The notes under the pieces: model-generated
The model's input: the letters and a program-made list of their open reading frames with translations, nothing else
Databases searched by the model: none
Told to the model about the DNA's origin: nothing
Shown: one piece after another, positions 29,754 through 40,189 of the stretch
Position numbering within the stretch: position 1 is the first letter of the stretch
Layout: each line of letters opens with the position of its first letter
Assembly: GCA_965218095.1 (NCBI GenBank)
Contig: OZ244587.1
Location: forward strand, 4,448,001-4,512,000
Origin: Candidatus Poribacteria bacterium
GTDB lineage: Bacteria > Poribacteria > WGA-4E > PCPOR2b
Length of the DNA stretch: 64,000 nt
Direction: 5' to 3'
Translations under genes and position numbers: made by a program

Positions 29754-31067
29754 ATGGAGAATGTGGACATCATCAAACTCCAGGAAATGACAATCTCCGA
29801 ACTGAATACTATGGCTCGAAAGCTCGGGCTTACAGGGTATAGTGGGCTCCGCAAGCAGGAATTGATCTCCCAGATTCTTGAAGCCAAAGCGGAGAGCAGT
29901 GGCTTATTATTCGGAGAAGGTATCCTTGAGATTTTACCTGAAAAGTACGGCTTCCTCAGATCATCTCGCTATAACTATTTGCAAAGCACCGATGATATTT
30001 ATGTATCTCCCTCTCAGATTCGTAAGTTTGACCTCCGCACAGGTCATGAGGTGCAGGGTCAAATCCGCCCACCTAAAAAAGGCGGCGATAAAGATGAATA
30101 TTATTTTGCCTTACTGAAGATTGAAAAGGTCAATGCCGAGAGCCCTGATTCTTCAAAGGATAAAATTCTCTTCGATAACCTGACCCCTGTCTACCCTTAT
30201 GAAGAGTTGAAGCTTGAGCATGATCCAAAAGAGTTTTCAACCCGCATTGTGGAGCTGATGTCCCCAATTGGTAAGGGACAGCGGGGGCTGATTGTAGCGC
30301 CGCCTTACAGCGGCAAAACCACGATCTTAAAAAATATCGCACAGGGTATTGAGGCGAATTATCCGGAAGTTGTGTTGATCTTTCTTTTAATTGATGAGCG
30401 TCCAGAAGAAGTGACAGACGTCTCGCGTTTCGTTAAAGGGGAGGTTATCAGTTCAACTTTTGACGAGCATCCAGAACGGCATGTGCAAGTTGCAGATATA
30501 GTCATCGAGAAGGCGAAGAGATGGGTCGAGTATGGCAAAGACGTGGTGATTATGTTGGACAGTATGACACGCCTCGTGCGAGCTTGTAACGTTGTGGCAC
30601 CGCACAGCGGCAAAACGTTAACAGGCGGTTTAGATGCGCTGGCGTTCCTGAAGCCACGGCAGTTCTTTGGGGCGGCACGAAAGTTTGAAGATGGGGGGAG
30701 TTTAACAATCATAGCCACTGTGTTAATTGACACGGAAAGTCGTGGCGATGAGCATATTTATGAGGAATTGAAAGGTACTGCCAACATGGAGATTCACCTA
30801 GAACGCTCTCTGCTAGAACGGCGTATTTTCCCCTCCATCAACATCAACAAATCGAAGACAAGGCGTGAGGAGCTGTTACTAAAACCAGAGATACTTAGCA
30901 AAGCGTGGGTTCTGCGAAAATTTATGGGACAGATGAGCACCGCTGAATCGATGGAACTCTTCGTCGAACAGTTGGGAAAAACAGGAACAAACGAGCAGTT
31001 CCTTGAAATGATGGTGGATAGCAGCGGGAGAAGTGTCTCATCATCACGTACGCGGTATCAGTGGTAG
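29754..31067 (+). CDS. rho: Transcription termination factor Rho
   Basis: [36 protein letters not shown]. Confidence 0.98.
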   Translation: MENVDIIKLQEMTISELNTMARKLGLTGYSGLRKQELISQILEAKAESSGLLFGEGILEILPEKYGFLRSSRYNYLQSTDDIYVSPSQIRKFDLRTGHEVQGQIRPPKKGGDKDEYYFALLKIEKVNAESPDSSKDKILFDNLTPVYPYEELKLEHDPKEFSTRIVELMSPIGKGQRGLIVAPPYSGKTTILKNIAQGIEANYPEVVLIFLLIDERPEEVTDVSRFVKGEVISSTFDEHPERHVQVADIVIEKAKRWVEYGKDVVIMLDSMTRLVRACNVVAPHSGKTLTGGLDALAFLKPRQFFGAARKFEDGGSLTIIATVLIDTESRGDEHIYEELKGTANMEIHLERSLLERRIFPSININKSKTRREELLLKPEILSKAWVLRKFMGQMSTAESMELFVEQLGKTGTNEQFLEMMVDSSGRSVSSSRTRYQW

Positions 31068-31128
31068 TCTTCGGATTAACGCCTATCGAGACTTCAATTT
31101 ATTCAATCGTAAGGAGGTGAGTGTTCTC

Positions 31129-31338
31129 ATGAAATCAGATATTCATCCTGAGACCATGGAATGTGTCATCAATTGTGTGTGCGGTGCAACATATACAACC
31201 ATTTCCACAAAGCCTCAAATCCGGGTAGAAATTTGTTCAAAATGCCATCCGTTTTACACAGGACAGCAGACAATTATTGATACAGCAGGTCGTGTGGAAA
31301 GCTTCCGCCGCAAATATGGTTTGACAGATGACAGCTAA
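31129..31338 (+). CDS. rpmE: 50S ribosomal protein L31 (Zn-binding type)
   Basis: [21 protein letters not shown]; AAGGAGGT RBS. Confidence 0.97.
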   Translation: MKSDIHPETMECVINCVCGATYTTISTKPQIRVEICSKCHPFYTGQQTIIDTAGRVESFRRKYGLTDDS

Positions 31339-31468
31339 GTGGAAACAGACAACTGTTAGTGTCTCCATGGATCGACGAATCAATTAGAGATTTCCCATGA
31401 GATCGACTCATTTCTTATGCATGGGGAATTTCTACGAATCAATCAGATGAGCAAAGGTGATAGCCAAT

Positions 31469-32539
31469 ATGTTTGAAAAGCTAAAAGAGATCGAGTCCAA
31501 ATTTTTAGAAATTGAAAAAGGATTAGCCGATCCCTCGCAAATTGCAGATCAACAAAAGTTACAACACCTCGCGAAGTCGCATGCTGAATTGGCGCCGATT
31601 GTCTCAAAGTATAAAGCATATCAAAAAACACAGAAGGAGATTGAAGAGACCTCCGCCCTGCTTGAACAGGAAACCGACGAGGAATTTATTGCCTTTGCGA
31701 AGCAGGAACTCGACGCGCTTACCGAATGGGGAGAGGAGTTGGAAACACAGCTCAAGGTTCTGATACTCCCGAGGGATGCGAATGATGAGAAGAATGTAAT
31801 TATGGAGATACGAGCAGGAACGGGCGGTGAAGAAGCGAGTTTATTCGCCGCAGAGCTTTTCCGGATGTATTCAAAATACGCCGAGCAGAACGGTTGCAAA
31901 ATAGAACTGTTTAATTCTCATGCGACGGGCTTGAAGGGCTTCAAAGAGATTATTTTTTCAGTCAGTGGGGCTCAGGCGTATGGCAAGCTAAAGTATGAAG
32001 GCGGCACGCACCGTGTTCAACGTGTCCCTACGACGGAAGCAAGTGGTCGGATTCACACATCGGCGGTAACCGTCGCCGTGTTGCCGGAAGCGGAGGAGGT
32101 TGACCTCCGGATCGATCCGGAAGATTTGCGCATCGAAGTGTTTCGTTCATCGGGGCCAGGCGGTCAGAGTGTCAACACAACCGATTCGGCTGTCCGAATC
32201 ACGTACATCCCCACGGAGCTCGCGGTATCCTGCCAGGATGAAAAATCTCAGCATAAAAATAGAGCCAAGGCAATGAAGATTCTACGTTCCCGTTTGCTTG
32301 AACAGATGCAAGCTGAACAGGATGCTGAACGTGCTCAAACGCGCAGAACCATGATCGGCAGCGGGGATCGAAGCGAAAAGATTCGCACGTATAACTTCTC
32401 CCAAAATCGGGTGACAGATCATCGTATTGGTTTGAGCGTTTATCAACTGGATGTGGTCTTAAATGGAGACCTTGATACTTTTATCGCTGCCTTGATAGAT
32501 GCCGATCAGGCTGAGAAATTAAAGAACTTATTGTCGTGA
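31469..32539 (+). CDS. prfA: Peptide chain release factor 1
   Basis: GTGGEEA, PTT (PxT motif), GGQ. Confidence 0.97.
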   Translation: MFEKLKEIESKFLEIEKGLADPSQIADQQKLQHLAKSHAELAPIVSKYKAYQKTQKEIEETSALLEQETDEEFIAFAKQELDALTEWGEELETQLKVLILPRDANDEKNVIMEIRAGTGGEEASLFAAELFRMYSKYAEQNGCKIELFNSHATGLKGFKEIIFSVSGAQAYGKLKYEGGTHRVQRVPTTEASGRIHTSAVTVAVLPEAEEVDLRIDPEDLRIEVFRSSGPGGQSVNTTDSAVRITYIPTELAVSCQDEKSQHKNRAKAMKILRSRLLEQMQAEQDAERAQTRRTMIGSGDRSEKIRTYNFSQNRVTDHRIGLSVYQLDVVLNGDLDTFIAALIDADQAEKLKNLLS

Positions 32540-33393
32540 AAACCTGGCGCGTGATTGATCTCATCGAATGGACAACCAAATACTTTGAACGCCACGAAGT
32601 CCCTACCCCGCGCTTAGATGCGGAATTGTTGCTTGGGCGCCTCCTGCAAAAGAGCCGGTTACAACTCTATCTCTCCTTTGAGATGCCTGTTTTCCAAGAT
32701 GCACTCTCAAGGTTTCGGGAGTTAATCAAAAAGCGGGCAGCACACACACCTGTGAGTTACCTCACAAACCATAAGGAGTTTATGTCGCTGGACTTCTATG
32801 TTGATCAGCGCGTGCTGATTCCGCGTCCGGAGACAGAAATCTTGGTTGAGACGCTTTTACAGCGGGAGAAGGATAAATGCCGATTCGTTGATATCGGTAC
32901 CGGCTGTGGCGCAATCGCGATTAGTCTTGCTTCTAGACGACTCGATTGGGAAATCATTGCAACAGACCTCTCGGCGGACGCCCTTGCAATCGCCTACCAG
33001 AATGCCGCCGCCCATGACTGTGCGGATCGGTTCACCTTTTTGTGTGGCGATCTCTTTGAACCGCTGGGTGGACTATCCAACCCCTGCTATGACTGGATTG
33101 TGTCTAACCCCCCGTACGTCAGCACAGAAGATGCGTCAACCCTATCGCCCGATGTCCGGGAGCATGAACCAGAAATCGCGCTCTTTGCTGGATCTGATGG
33201 GCTCAGCATCATTCGGCGTATCGTGGCAGATGCACCACAGTTTTTGAATTCGCAAGGAAAGCTAATCCTGGAAATTGGCTACAACCAGAGTCGTGCTGTC
33301 CAAAAGCTTATCAGATCGCAGCCAATCTATAAGCATTGTGAAATCATCAAGGATTATTCTGGTATTGAGCGTGTGATTCTTGCCAGTGTTTAG
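32536..33393 (+). CDS. prmC: Release factor glutamine methyltransferase
   Basis: LIPRPETE, DIGTGCG, SNPPY. Confidence 0.97.
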   Translation: MKTWRVIDLIEWTTKYFERHEVPTPRLDAELLLGRLLQKSRLQLYLSFEMPVFQDALSRFRELIKKRAAHTPVSYLTNHKEFMSLDFYVDQRVLIPRPETEILVETLLQREKDKCRFVDIGTGCGAIAISLASRRLDWEIIATDLSADALAIAYQNAAAHDCADRFTFLCGDLFEPLGGLSNPCYDWIVSNPPYVSTEDASTLSPDVREHEPEIALFAGSDGLSIIRRIVADAPQFLNSQGKLILEIGYNQSRAVQKLIRSQPIYKHCEIIKDYSGIERVILASV

Positions 33394-33396
33394 TTT

Positions 33397-34269
33397 ATGT
33401 CCACTCCCCCAGGCCACATTATCACTAGCATCAACAACCAGCGGATTGTCGACGCCCGCAAACTTCAGACGCAGAAGCACCGTCAGCGGCAAGGATGCTT
33501 CTTAGTCGAAGGCTTTGAGATCCTGCATTTGGCACTGGATGCAGGCCTACAACCGGTTGAAGCCTTCTACTGTGAGCAACAATGCAGGGAGACGGCGACA
33601 CAGCAACTCCTTAATCGCTTTCGAGAAGCCGACGCGACGCTTGTCGCTGTATCGCCTCAAGTGTTGCACTCACTCTCGGCGGCTGCTGGCAATGTCTACG
33701 CCGATCATCGTAAGGCGTCACCCCACGTCATACAGACGCATATCGTGGCGACTTTTTCCCTATTCGAGACATCGTTCCAGGACATCAATCTGGCCGGCGA
33801 TGAGCTTGTTCTCGTTCTGGACCAGACGCAAACGCCCGGCAATTTGGGAATGATTCTCCGTACCGCGGATGCCGTCGGTGTTGCAGCTATCTTTCTGATT
33901 CCCCCCTGTGTGGATATCTTCCACCCCAAGTCTGTGAGAGGCAGCCATGGATCGCTGTTCAGTGTACCGCTTGTACAGACAGTGGACATTCCAGGGGTCT
34001 TTGGGTGGCTACGTGAAAGAGGTTTCAGAACGATGGGGACACATCCGCATCTCGGAAAACTCTGGAATCAGCAGATCTGGAAGGGTAAGGTTGCCCTGGT
34101 CTTGGGCCATGACGTGCGAGGGATATCGGACGCGGTGCGTGCGGAAGTGGAAGACTGGGCCCGATTGCCCATGATGGGCAAAGTGGAATCACTCAACGTG
34201 GCGGTGGCTGGTAGTGTGTTAATCTATGAGTGGTTTCGGGTAAACCGGCTTGATAACGTGAGCCTATGA
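33397..34269 (+). CDS. TrmH/SpoU-family RNA methyltransferase
   Basis: PGNLGMILRTADA, ESLNVAVAG. Confidence 0.92.
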   Translation: MSTPPGHIITSINNQRIVDARKLQTQKHRQRQGCFLVEGFEILHLALDAGLQPVEAFYCEQQCRETATQQLLNRFREADATLVAVSPQVLHSLSAAAGNVYADHRKASPHVIQTHIVATFSLFETSFQDINLAGDELVLVLDQTQTPGNLGMILRTADAVGVAAIFLIPPCVDIFHPKSVRGSHGSLFSVPLVQTVDIPGVFGWLRERGFRTMGTHPHLGKLWNQQIWKGKVALVLGHDVRGISDAVRAEVEDWARLPMMGKVESLNVAVAGSVLIYEWFRVNRLDNVSL

Positions 34270-34427
34270 ATGGAATGGTGTGCTATCACTAAATTGTTGA
34301 ATTAACCTGACCCCGATCAATCAACACAAGTACTGTATAAGCCATACTGAAGGAATCAGTTGGGCAGCGCTGTGGACAAAGCTATTTCCCCTTTTACCCA
34401 GACACCAGACCACCGGAGACCAGCAAA

Positions 34428-35732
34428 TTAAGCAAACAACTCTTCGATAACGCTGCCGTTGTTAACCACCCGAATCGGTCGTCCGCCTCTGGAATAATTC
34501 TGGTTGTTGTAATCAATGCCGAGCGAAAGGCAGAGCGACGCAAAAAGATCAGGGGCGGAAACAGGCCGATCCACAACCTCCATTCCATCCGCATCGGTGG
34601 ATCCAATCACCTGTCCACCGCGAACCCCGCCCCCTGCGAGTACAACCGACCAACCATTGGGGAAGTGGTCTCGTCCGTCATTCTCGTTGATTTTGGGAGT
34701 CCGCCCAAACTCACCGAGCCATAGAACGATAGTTTCATTGAGCAGGTCCCGATCGGCGAGGTCTTTCACGAGCATCGCGAAGGCAGGGTCAAGCGTTTCG
34801 AGCAAGAGTTTGGTCCGCTCGAAGTTATTTGTATGGGTATCCCAACCATCGAGCGAAACTTCGACAAATTTCGTGCCAGCTTCAACCAACCGTCGTGCCA
34901 TCAAGCAGCCATCTCCGAATCGATTCATGCCGTAGGCTTCTCTCACGGCTATCGGCTCCTGTGAGAGATCGAACGCCTTCACGTGCGGGGAATTAATCAG
35001 CTTGTCCGCTTTCTTGTAGATAGCTTGATGCGCTTCTGTACTCCGATTTGCACGCTTTTTGAGGAAATCTTTTTCCAGATCTGTCAGCATCCGGAGCCTT
35101 TGCTCAAATCGATGTGCATCCATCTGCGGGGGATATTTGAGATCCTCAATTGGTTTCATCGGATCGCTGACAACAAAGGGATCGTGCTCAGCACTGAGAA
35201 ACCCGCTCGAAAAAGCTGGTGCGTTGATGTTGACGCAGTTGGGCAGTTCAAAATCTTCGTCGTTCAGATAGTGCGAGGCGATTGAGCCGAAGGTCGGGTG
35301 CTTCACAGAGCCGGTTGGCGCGTAGCCGGTGTGGAGCAGATAGCGCGCCCGTTGGTGATTTCCCTCACGCGAAACCATCGACCGAATGATCGACAGATGG
35401 TGCGCTTGTTCTGCCAGTAGAGGCAGGTGCTCGGAAAACTGGATGCCTTCCGCGCTTGTCGGAATCGCTGCGAAGGGGCCGGCGTTAAGCGTACCCGGCT
35501 TCGGATCAAAGGTATCCAATTGGCTCGCGCCACCGTTCATGAATAGGACGATGCAATGTTTGGCACGAGCCTTGATTCCATCCATCAGCGTCAACGCTGA
35601 TAATTGCAGATGCTGCATCGCTATGAGTCCTAAAAAACTGCTCACCCCAAACTTGAGAAAATCACGTCTTGAAACATCTTTCTGCCGGGAATCGAGCGTT
35701 TCACTTTCAGGTATTCCAACTTGTGTTTTCAT
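34428..35732 (-). CDS. DUF1501 protein with Tat signal
   Basis: SRRDFLK, GGASQLDTFDPKP, GWDTH, GEFGRTP, GRDH. Confidence 0.92.
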   Translation of the reverse strand: MKTQVGIPESETLDSRQKDVSRRDFLKFGVSSFLGLIAMQHLQLSALTLMDGIKARAKHCIVLFMNGGASQLDTFDPKPGTLNAGPFAAIPTSAEGIQFSEHLPLLAEQAHHLSIIRSMVSREGNHQRARYLLHTGYAPTGSVKHPTFGSIASHYLNDEDFELPNCVNINAPAFSSGFLSAEHDPFVVSDPMKPIEDLKYPPQMDAHRFEQRLRMLTDLEKDFLKKRANRSTEAHQAIYKKADKLINSPHVKAFDLSQEPIAVREAYGMNRFGDGCLMARRLVEAGTKFVEVSLDGWDTHTNNFERTKLLLETLDPAFAMLVKDLADRDLLNETIVLWLGEFGRTPKINENDGRDHFPNGWSVVLAGGGVRGGQVIGSTDADGMEVVDRPVSAPDLFASLCLSLGIDYNNQNYSRGGRPIRVVNNGSVIEELFA

Positions 35733-35751
35733 CGCAATCCTTCTCCTTTTT

Positions 35752-36051
35752 CTATCTCTTGATAAACTGAGTGATAATAATGACGAGGATACCGATCCAG
35801 ACCGGCACCATCATACCGACCATCCACTTAAAAATATCCGTAATCCGTCTTTCGACTCGTGTTTCCAGTGCACTCATCCGGGGATCAATTCGTGTTTCAA
35901 GCATACTCATCCGTGTTTCGAGCGTGCTGATACATCCCTTCAATGAACCGAGACGCTCGTTTATCTGGTTCAACTCACCACGCATCTGGCTAAGCTCTCG
36001 ATTAACATCCTTGGAGAGTTGTACCACCAGATCAGTAAGGTGCTGAACCAT
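35752..36051 (-). CDS. Coiled-coil protein with C-terminal membrane anchor (DUF1640/CCDC90-like)
   Basis: LETR heptad repeats, then KWMVGMMVPVWIGILVIII. Confidence 0.7.
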   Translation of the reverse strand: MVQHLTDLVVQLSKDVNRELSQMRGELNQINERLGSLKGCISTLETRMSMLETRIDPRMSALETRVERRITDIFKWMVGMMVPVWIGILVIIITQFIKR

Positions 36052-36152
36052 ATTCTTCAGTTCGGTTGTTTCCGGATTGACTTCTATGATAGATGATTCT
36101 ACTTTTGCCTTTATTTCGTTGATTAAGCGGATTGATGTGTCACATTACACGT

Positions 36153-37775
36153 CTAATGATTCAACGCAAACTCAGCGGAATTGAGTAGTGCCCAGTAGAG
36201 ATCTTCGTACGCGAGTGCATCGTTGCGATAGAGACTTGACCGCAGGTATCGATCAAAATAGGTCCTTTCTGCGGTCCGGGGGTAGCGCGAAAGGATGGTG
36301 AGGTAGATCTGATCGAGTCGAGCCCGTTTGGTGCGCTGCGTTTTGAGGATATGGTGGAGGAGCCCGCCCCGCGCTTTGTGGTATCCACTGTCGTTGACCA
36401 GTGATCCATTAATCATCATTAAGGCTTGTGGCACCGTGCCGTTAAACGCTTCGATTTCCTCCATTTCGCCGTTATCAATCAGGAAAAGAAATCGTTCCAA
36501 ATAGCGGCGTTTCATACTTTCCAGTTGGCCACGATCTCGCCGTTTTTGAAGTCGTTCAAAGCCGGTTGATTCTAACATTGAATAGAAGAACTGTTCCGCG
36601 GTCAACGGTTTAACGTAGGCATGCGAATAATAGTGGTCGTCATATTGATTGCTTTTGTTCGTCTCAGAGGTGCGTTGGTAGGCCTTGGTGTTGAGGATGA
36701 TTCGCATCAAGTATCGAAGATCATATCCATGAATCATAAAATCCTCCGCCAACCAGTCGAGCAATTCAGGATGTGAGGGTGGGTATTCTTCCCCGAATCC
36801 GTCTAGCGGCTCTACAAATCCTGTCCCCATGAAGTGCGCCCAGATTCGGTTGACAATGGCGTGGCAGAAATACGGATTATCCTTTGCGGTCATCCACTCA
36901 CTCAAGGCGTACCGCTGTTTAGTGGGTTGTGTCGTGCACTGTTTGCCATTGAGGAAACTCGGTGGGATGCGTTCATGAGTTTCCGGGATATAGACCGAAC
37001 CCTTGGAAACATTTTTTAAGATGCGTTCCACGACACGCTCTCCGCCATCCTCGTCCTTTTCGTAGATCTCTTCAAGGCGGATGTTGGCAAAAAACGCCGC
37101 CAACCCGTAGAAGTCCTCTTGATACCATACTTCAGTTTTGTGGTCGTGACATTGGGCGCACTGCATCGGCAACCCAAGAAACAACCGGGAGGTGTAAGCG
37201 GCGAGATCAACCGGCGAGAGATCATAGCGTAGCAGATAGTTCCCTGCGCCATTTTCCTCCATACTGCCTTCTGCTGTGATCAGGGCTGTGACAAATTGGT
37301 TATAAGGCATGTTTTGCGCGAGGCTCTCGTGTATCCACCGTTCCAATCCCGCGCGTTGCTCCCTGTCAGTATCGTCTCGGCCAATGAGCCAATTTGCCCA
37401 AAGCCGCGTCCAGTAGTCGAGGTAAAGTTCGCTGCCAATCAGTTCATCAATCTTTTTTTCACGTTTATCCTTAGACCCATCTTCGAGGAAACTGACAACC
37501 GTTTCAACAGTGGGAATTTTTCCGGTCAGATCCAGATGCACGCGCCGCAGAAATTCGGCGTCACTTGATTTCCTGGAGGGTTTAATGTCTTGTTCTTTTA
37601 ACTTAGCATCAATGTGTCGATCCAGATGTTTCGTACTAGACCATATACGTCCCTCAACGCTTGCGTTGAAGGTGAGCAGCGTCACTGCATAAACGATGAT
37701 TGATAAAACGACCGATAACTGAACCGATGACTCACGTAAGATTTTCACTGTCCCTAACACTCCTTCCTCATACAC
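36153..37775 (-). CDS. DUF1549/DUF1553 (PSD1) protein
   Basis: FLRRVHLDLTG, CAQCHDH, VNRIWAHFMG, PSHPELLDWLA, WALLNSAEF. Confidence 0.92.
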   Translation of the reverse strand: MYEEGVLGTVKILRESSVQLSVVLSIIVYAVTLLTFNASVEGRIWSSTKHLDRHIDAKLKEQDIKPSRKSSDAEFLRRVHLDLTGKIPTVETVVSFLEDGSKDKREKKIDELIGSELYLDYWTRLWANWLIGRDDTDREQRAGLERWIHESLAQNMPYNQFVTALITAEGSMEENGAGNYLLRYDLSPVDLAAYTSRLFLGLPMQCAQCHDHKTEVWYQEDFYGLAAFFANIRLEEIYEKDEDGGERVVERILKNVSKGSVYIPETHERIPPSFLNGKQCTTQPTKQRYALSEWMTAKDNPYFCHAIVNRIWAHFMGTGFVEPLDGFGEEYPPSHPELLDWLAEDFMIHGYDLRYLMRIILNTKAYQRTSETNKSNQYDDHYYSHAYVKPLTAEQFFYSMLESTGFERLQKRRDRGQLESMKRRYLERFLFLIDNGEMEEIEAFNGTVPQALMMINGSLVNDSGYHKARGGLLHHILKTQRTKRARLDQIYLTILSRYPRTAERTYFDRYLRSSLYRNDALAYEDLYWALLNSAEFALNH

Positions 37776-37882
37776 AAGATCGGTTTGCCCATAGTTTTGC
37801 GGGGATAGGCCTTGCCGTCAGTTGAATTTGATTTTAGCACATCACGGCGAAGATGTCAAATGGAAACGATCTTTGACACTCC

Positions 37883-38986
37883 CTACCTGAACCAATCATA
37901 ATAGAGTCCAAGCGAACGGTCTTTGAGCGGCAGGTCGACACGTACGCCTCCCCGCGCCGAGGACTGCTTGAGCGCGATCTCAACTTCAAGCGCCACGATG
38001 ACCCTTCTGCCTGAATTCTTGGGCTCATCCAACCTCCCTTCCAGGCAGTCAATGATGTCTGCTAGCCCGTAGACGGCGTTGTACCCACCGACAAGCTGAG
38101 GCTCTGGCCACGGCATCTCTACACGCTGTCTGCCATTGAGGGTGTCAATGTCCTGCCACAGCCTCCAGCCGCCCGGATGCCCCTGGTGAAGTTGTATCTC
38201 GCCGGCGGCGCCGGTCACGCGGACGAGTGCCCCTCCCTTTCTGAAATGGACGAACTGGTCATCTACGGTGACCATGATTCCTTGCCCGGTGAACTCATTG
38301 CTACCCGACTCGCGTCGCTCCCGGTCACCGACGCCGATAACCCACGTAGGCATACCGTCAACAAAGTAAGACCAGTACTGTTTCTGTGCCATTGGCGCGT
38401 CAGCCTCAATGGAGAGGATTTCACCGATCGCTCCACTTTTGACCAGTTCCTTCGCTTTGGCATAGGCGGGATGATTCACCGGGATGGCACCACAGCAAAG
38501 CGGCACACCTGCATCAGCACATGCTTTGACCATCCGGTTGGCTTCCTCAAGCGTGTGCGCCATTGGCTTTTCCGTCGCGATGCCTTTCACGCCACACTCG
38601 ACAGCCAAGCAGGTTAAGTCAGCGCGGCCCTTGGTGTTGGTGGCGATAGCAACAACGTCGAGTTTTTCCGCACGCAACATCTCCTCGGCGTTGGTGTAAA
38701 GTGCTTTGTTGCCGTAGCGTTCTCCAAATGCCTTCAGCCGCTTTTGGTCGCGGTCTGCCCCAGCGATTAAGTCAACCTCTGGCCGGTCCCACATGACTTC
38801 AGCCCAGCTATGAGGCACACTCTCGTTGCTGTGATGCTCATGGAAGTGGAATTTGCGGTGAACATCCAGTTCAGGCGTGGGACGATCGACATCATCAACG
38901 TTGTACGGATCCCAGATACGCGGGGCGAGGTCAGAGAGCATTCCCATCCATCCCAGTCCGATGACTCCGGCACGATACTTCCTCAC
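37883..38986 (-). CDS. Gfo/Idh/MocA oxidoreductase
   Basis: VIGLGWMG, TEKPMA; GTG start at 38986 after GAGGAG. Confidence 0.88.
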   Translation of the reverse strand: MRKYRAGVIGLGWMGMLSDLAPRIWDPYNVDDVDRPTPELDVHRKFHFHEHHSNESVPHSWAEVMWDRPEVDLIAGADRDQKRLKAFGERYGNKALYTNAEEMLRAEKLDVVAIATNTKGRADLTCLAVECGVKGIATEKPMAHTLEEANRMVKACADAGVPLCCGAIPVNHPAYAKAKELVKSGAIGEILSIEADAPMAQKQYWSYFVDGMPTWVIGVGDRERRESGSNEFTGQGIMVTVDDQFVHFRKGGALVRVTGAAGEIQLHQGHPGGWRLWQDIDTLNGRQRVEMPWPEPQLVGGYNAVYGLADIIDCLEGRLDEPKNSGRRVIVALEVEIALKQSSARGGVRVDLPLKDRSLGLYYDWFR

Positions 38987-39044
38987 GTCTCCCTCCTCTG
39001 CATTGAAACGTTCTCTTGAATCTTCAATCTTCAATTTACGATCT

Positions 39045-40001
39045 TCAATCCCTCTGGGTTTGCCTCTTGAAGGACTCATACAGATCTGCCACCCCCGCCT
39101 CGCGCGCGTCTCCATCGTGGGCTACAATCCGTATCGCCACGTCCACCATGTCGCCTCGATTCAAGTTCCTTGCGTCTAGGCGGAACGGGTTTATCCGAAT
39201 CGAACCGTAGTTGATCACATACCATGGCACATTGCCAAGAGAGGGGAATTGGAATAGCGCAATGCCGGCACGGCGTCCAGCCGTGTCTTTCCCCGAGAAG
39301 TCGATCCAGTCTGCGAGTTGCCAGCAAATCTGTTCTTGGCCAGTCCGATCATCCGAGGCAGTGAGTGTGCCTCCAATTTTGTTGCCCTGTGGGTCCATGA
39401 CGCGCAAATGGTCTGCCACACGAATCGTGAAATAGGCATGACGACAGGGCCCGATACGAACGTCCCAGTAGGTCGGTCGGAGTCGAGACCGAACATCAAT
39501 GATATTGGCAACATCGCCGGGGTAAATATCAATGGTACGCATTTCGTCGATCAAGATTCGACGGTAGGGGGGCTCTCCCCATTCTTCTGGGCTTTGCCAC
39601 CGAAGTCTCTGGGTAATCTGAAGGTGGTTCTCAGCAAGCTCTGTGATCTCATTGTCCGCGACAGATACAATGCGACCGGCGTTACGTCCCTGAAACTTCC
39701 AGTCCCAATAGAAATTAAGAGGAGGCTCTTCAATTTTGCCAGTTGGAGACTGCTGGTATGTGAAAAAGTAGTCAGTCCCAATGGTGACCGATTGGTGCCA
39801 TGGATGGTCACTGACAGATCGCTCGGTGGTCACAGCTACCCCCGCGGGGGTCAACACCGGGTAGACGTAGGAACGGTATGCCGACTGGCTCAAGCCAGTG
39901 ATGGCTCTCCCCTTCCAGTTTACCTTTAAGAGCCGGGTTGACTCCGCTTCAGCATCCGAGGGGATGTCCATTCCTTCGCTCTCGACTGAAAAGTGCCGCA
40001 T
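39045..40001 (-). CDS. PmoA-like/DUF6807 family protein
   Basis: RSYVYPVLTPAG, DHPWHQ, ADWIDFSG. Confidence 0.7.
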   Translation of the reverse strand: MRHFSVESEGMDIPSDAEAESTRLLKVNWKGRAITGLSQSAYRSYVYPVLTPAGVAVTTERSVSDHPWHQSVTIGTDYFFTYQQSPTGKIEEPPLNFYWDWKFQGRNAGRIVSVADNEITELAENHLQITQRLRWQSPEEWGEPPYRRILIDEMRTIDIYPGDVANIIDVRSRLRPTYWDVRIGPCRHAYFTIRVADHLRVMDPQGNKIGGTLTASDDRTGQEQICWQLADWIDFSGKDTAGRRAGIALFQFPSLGNVPWYVINYGSIRINPFRLDARNLNRGDMVDVAIRIVAHDGDAREAGVADLYESFKRQTQRD

Positions 40002-40140
40002 ATAGTTCCCTCCTGAGATTTTTCAAACGTATCACGGGTTCATTGCAGAAGCGCATGTGATGCGCTGATGCAGGAGTCAAAAAAATCGTCAGGATTATAG
40101 CAGGACTTCATCAAGAATACAACTTAAAAGCACCGAAGTA

Positions 40141-40189
40141 GGGTCATTTAGTTTTCGAGATTTTCTGTGAGTTGATTGGAGAATTAAAT
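40141..40189. mobile_element. Truncated left end of the GGGTCATT-type MITE family
   Basis: TA-GGGTCATTTAGTTTTCG, cut by the next IS; the partner end was not found. Confidence 0.6.
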
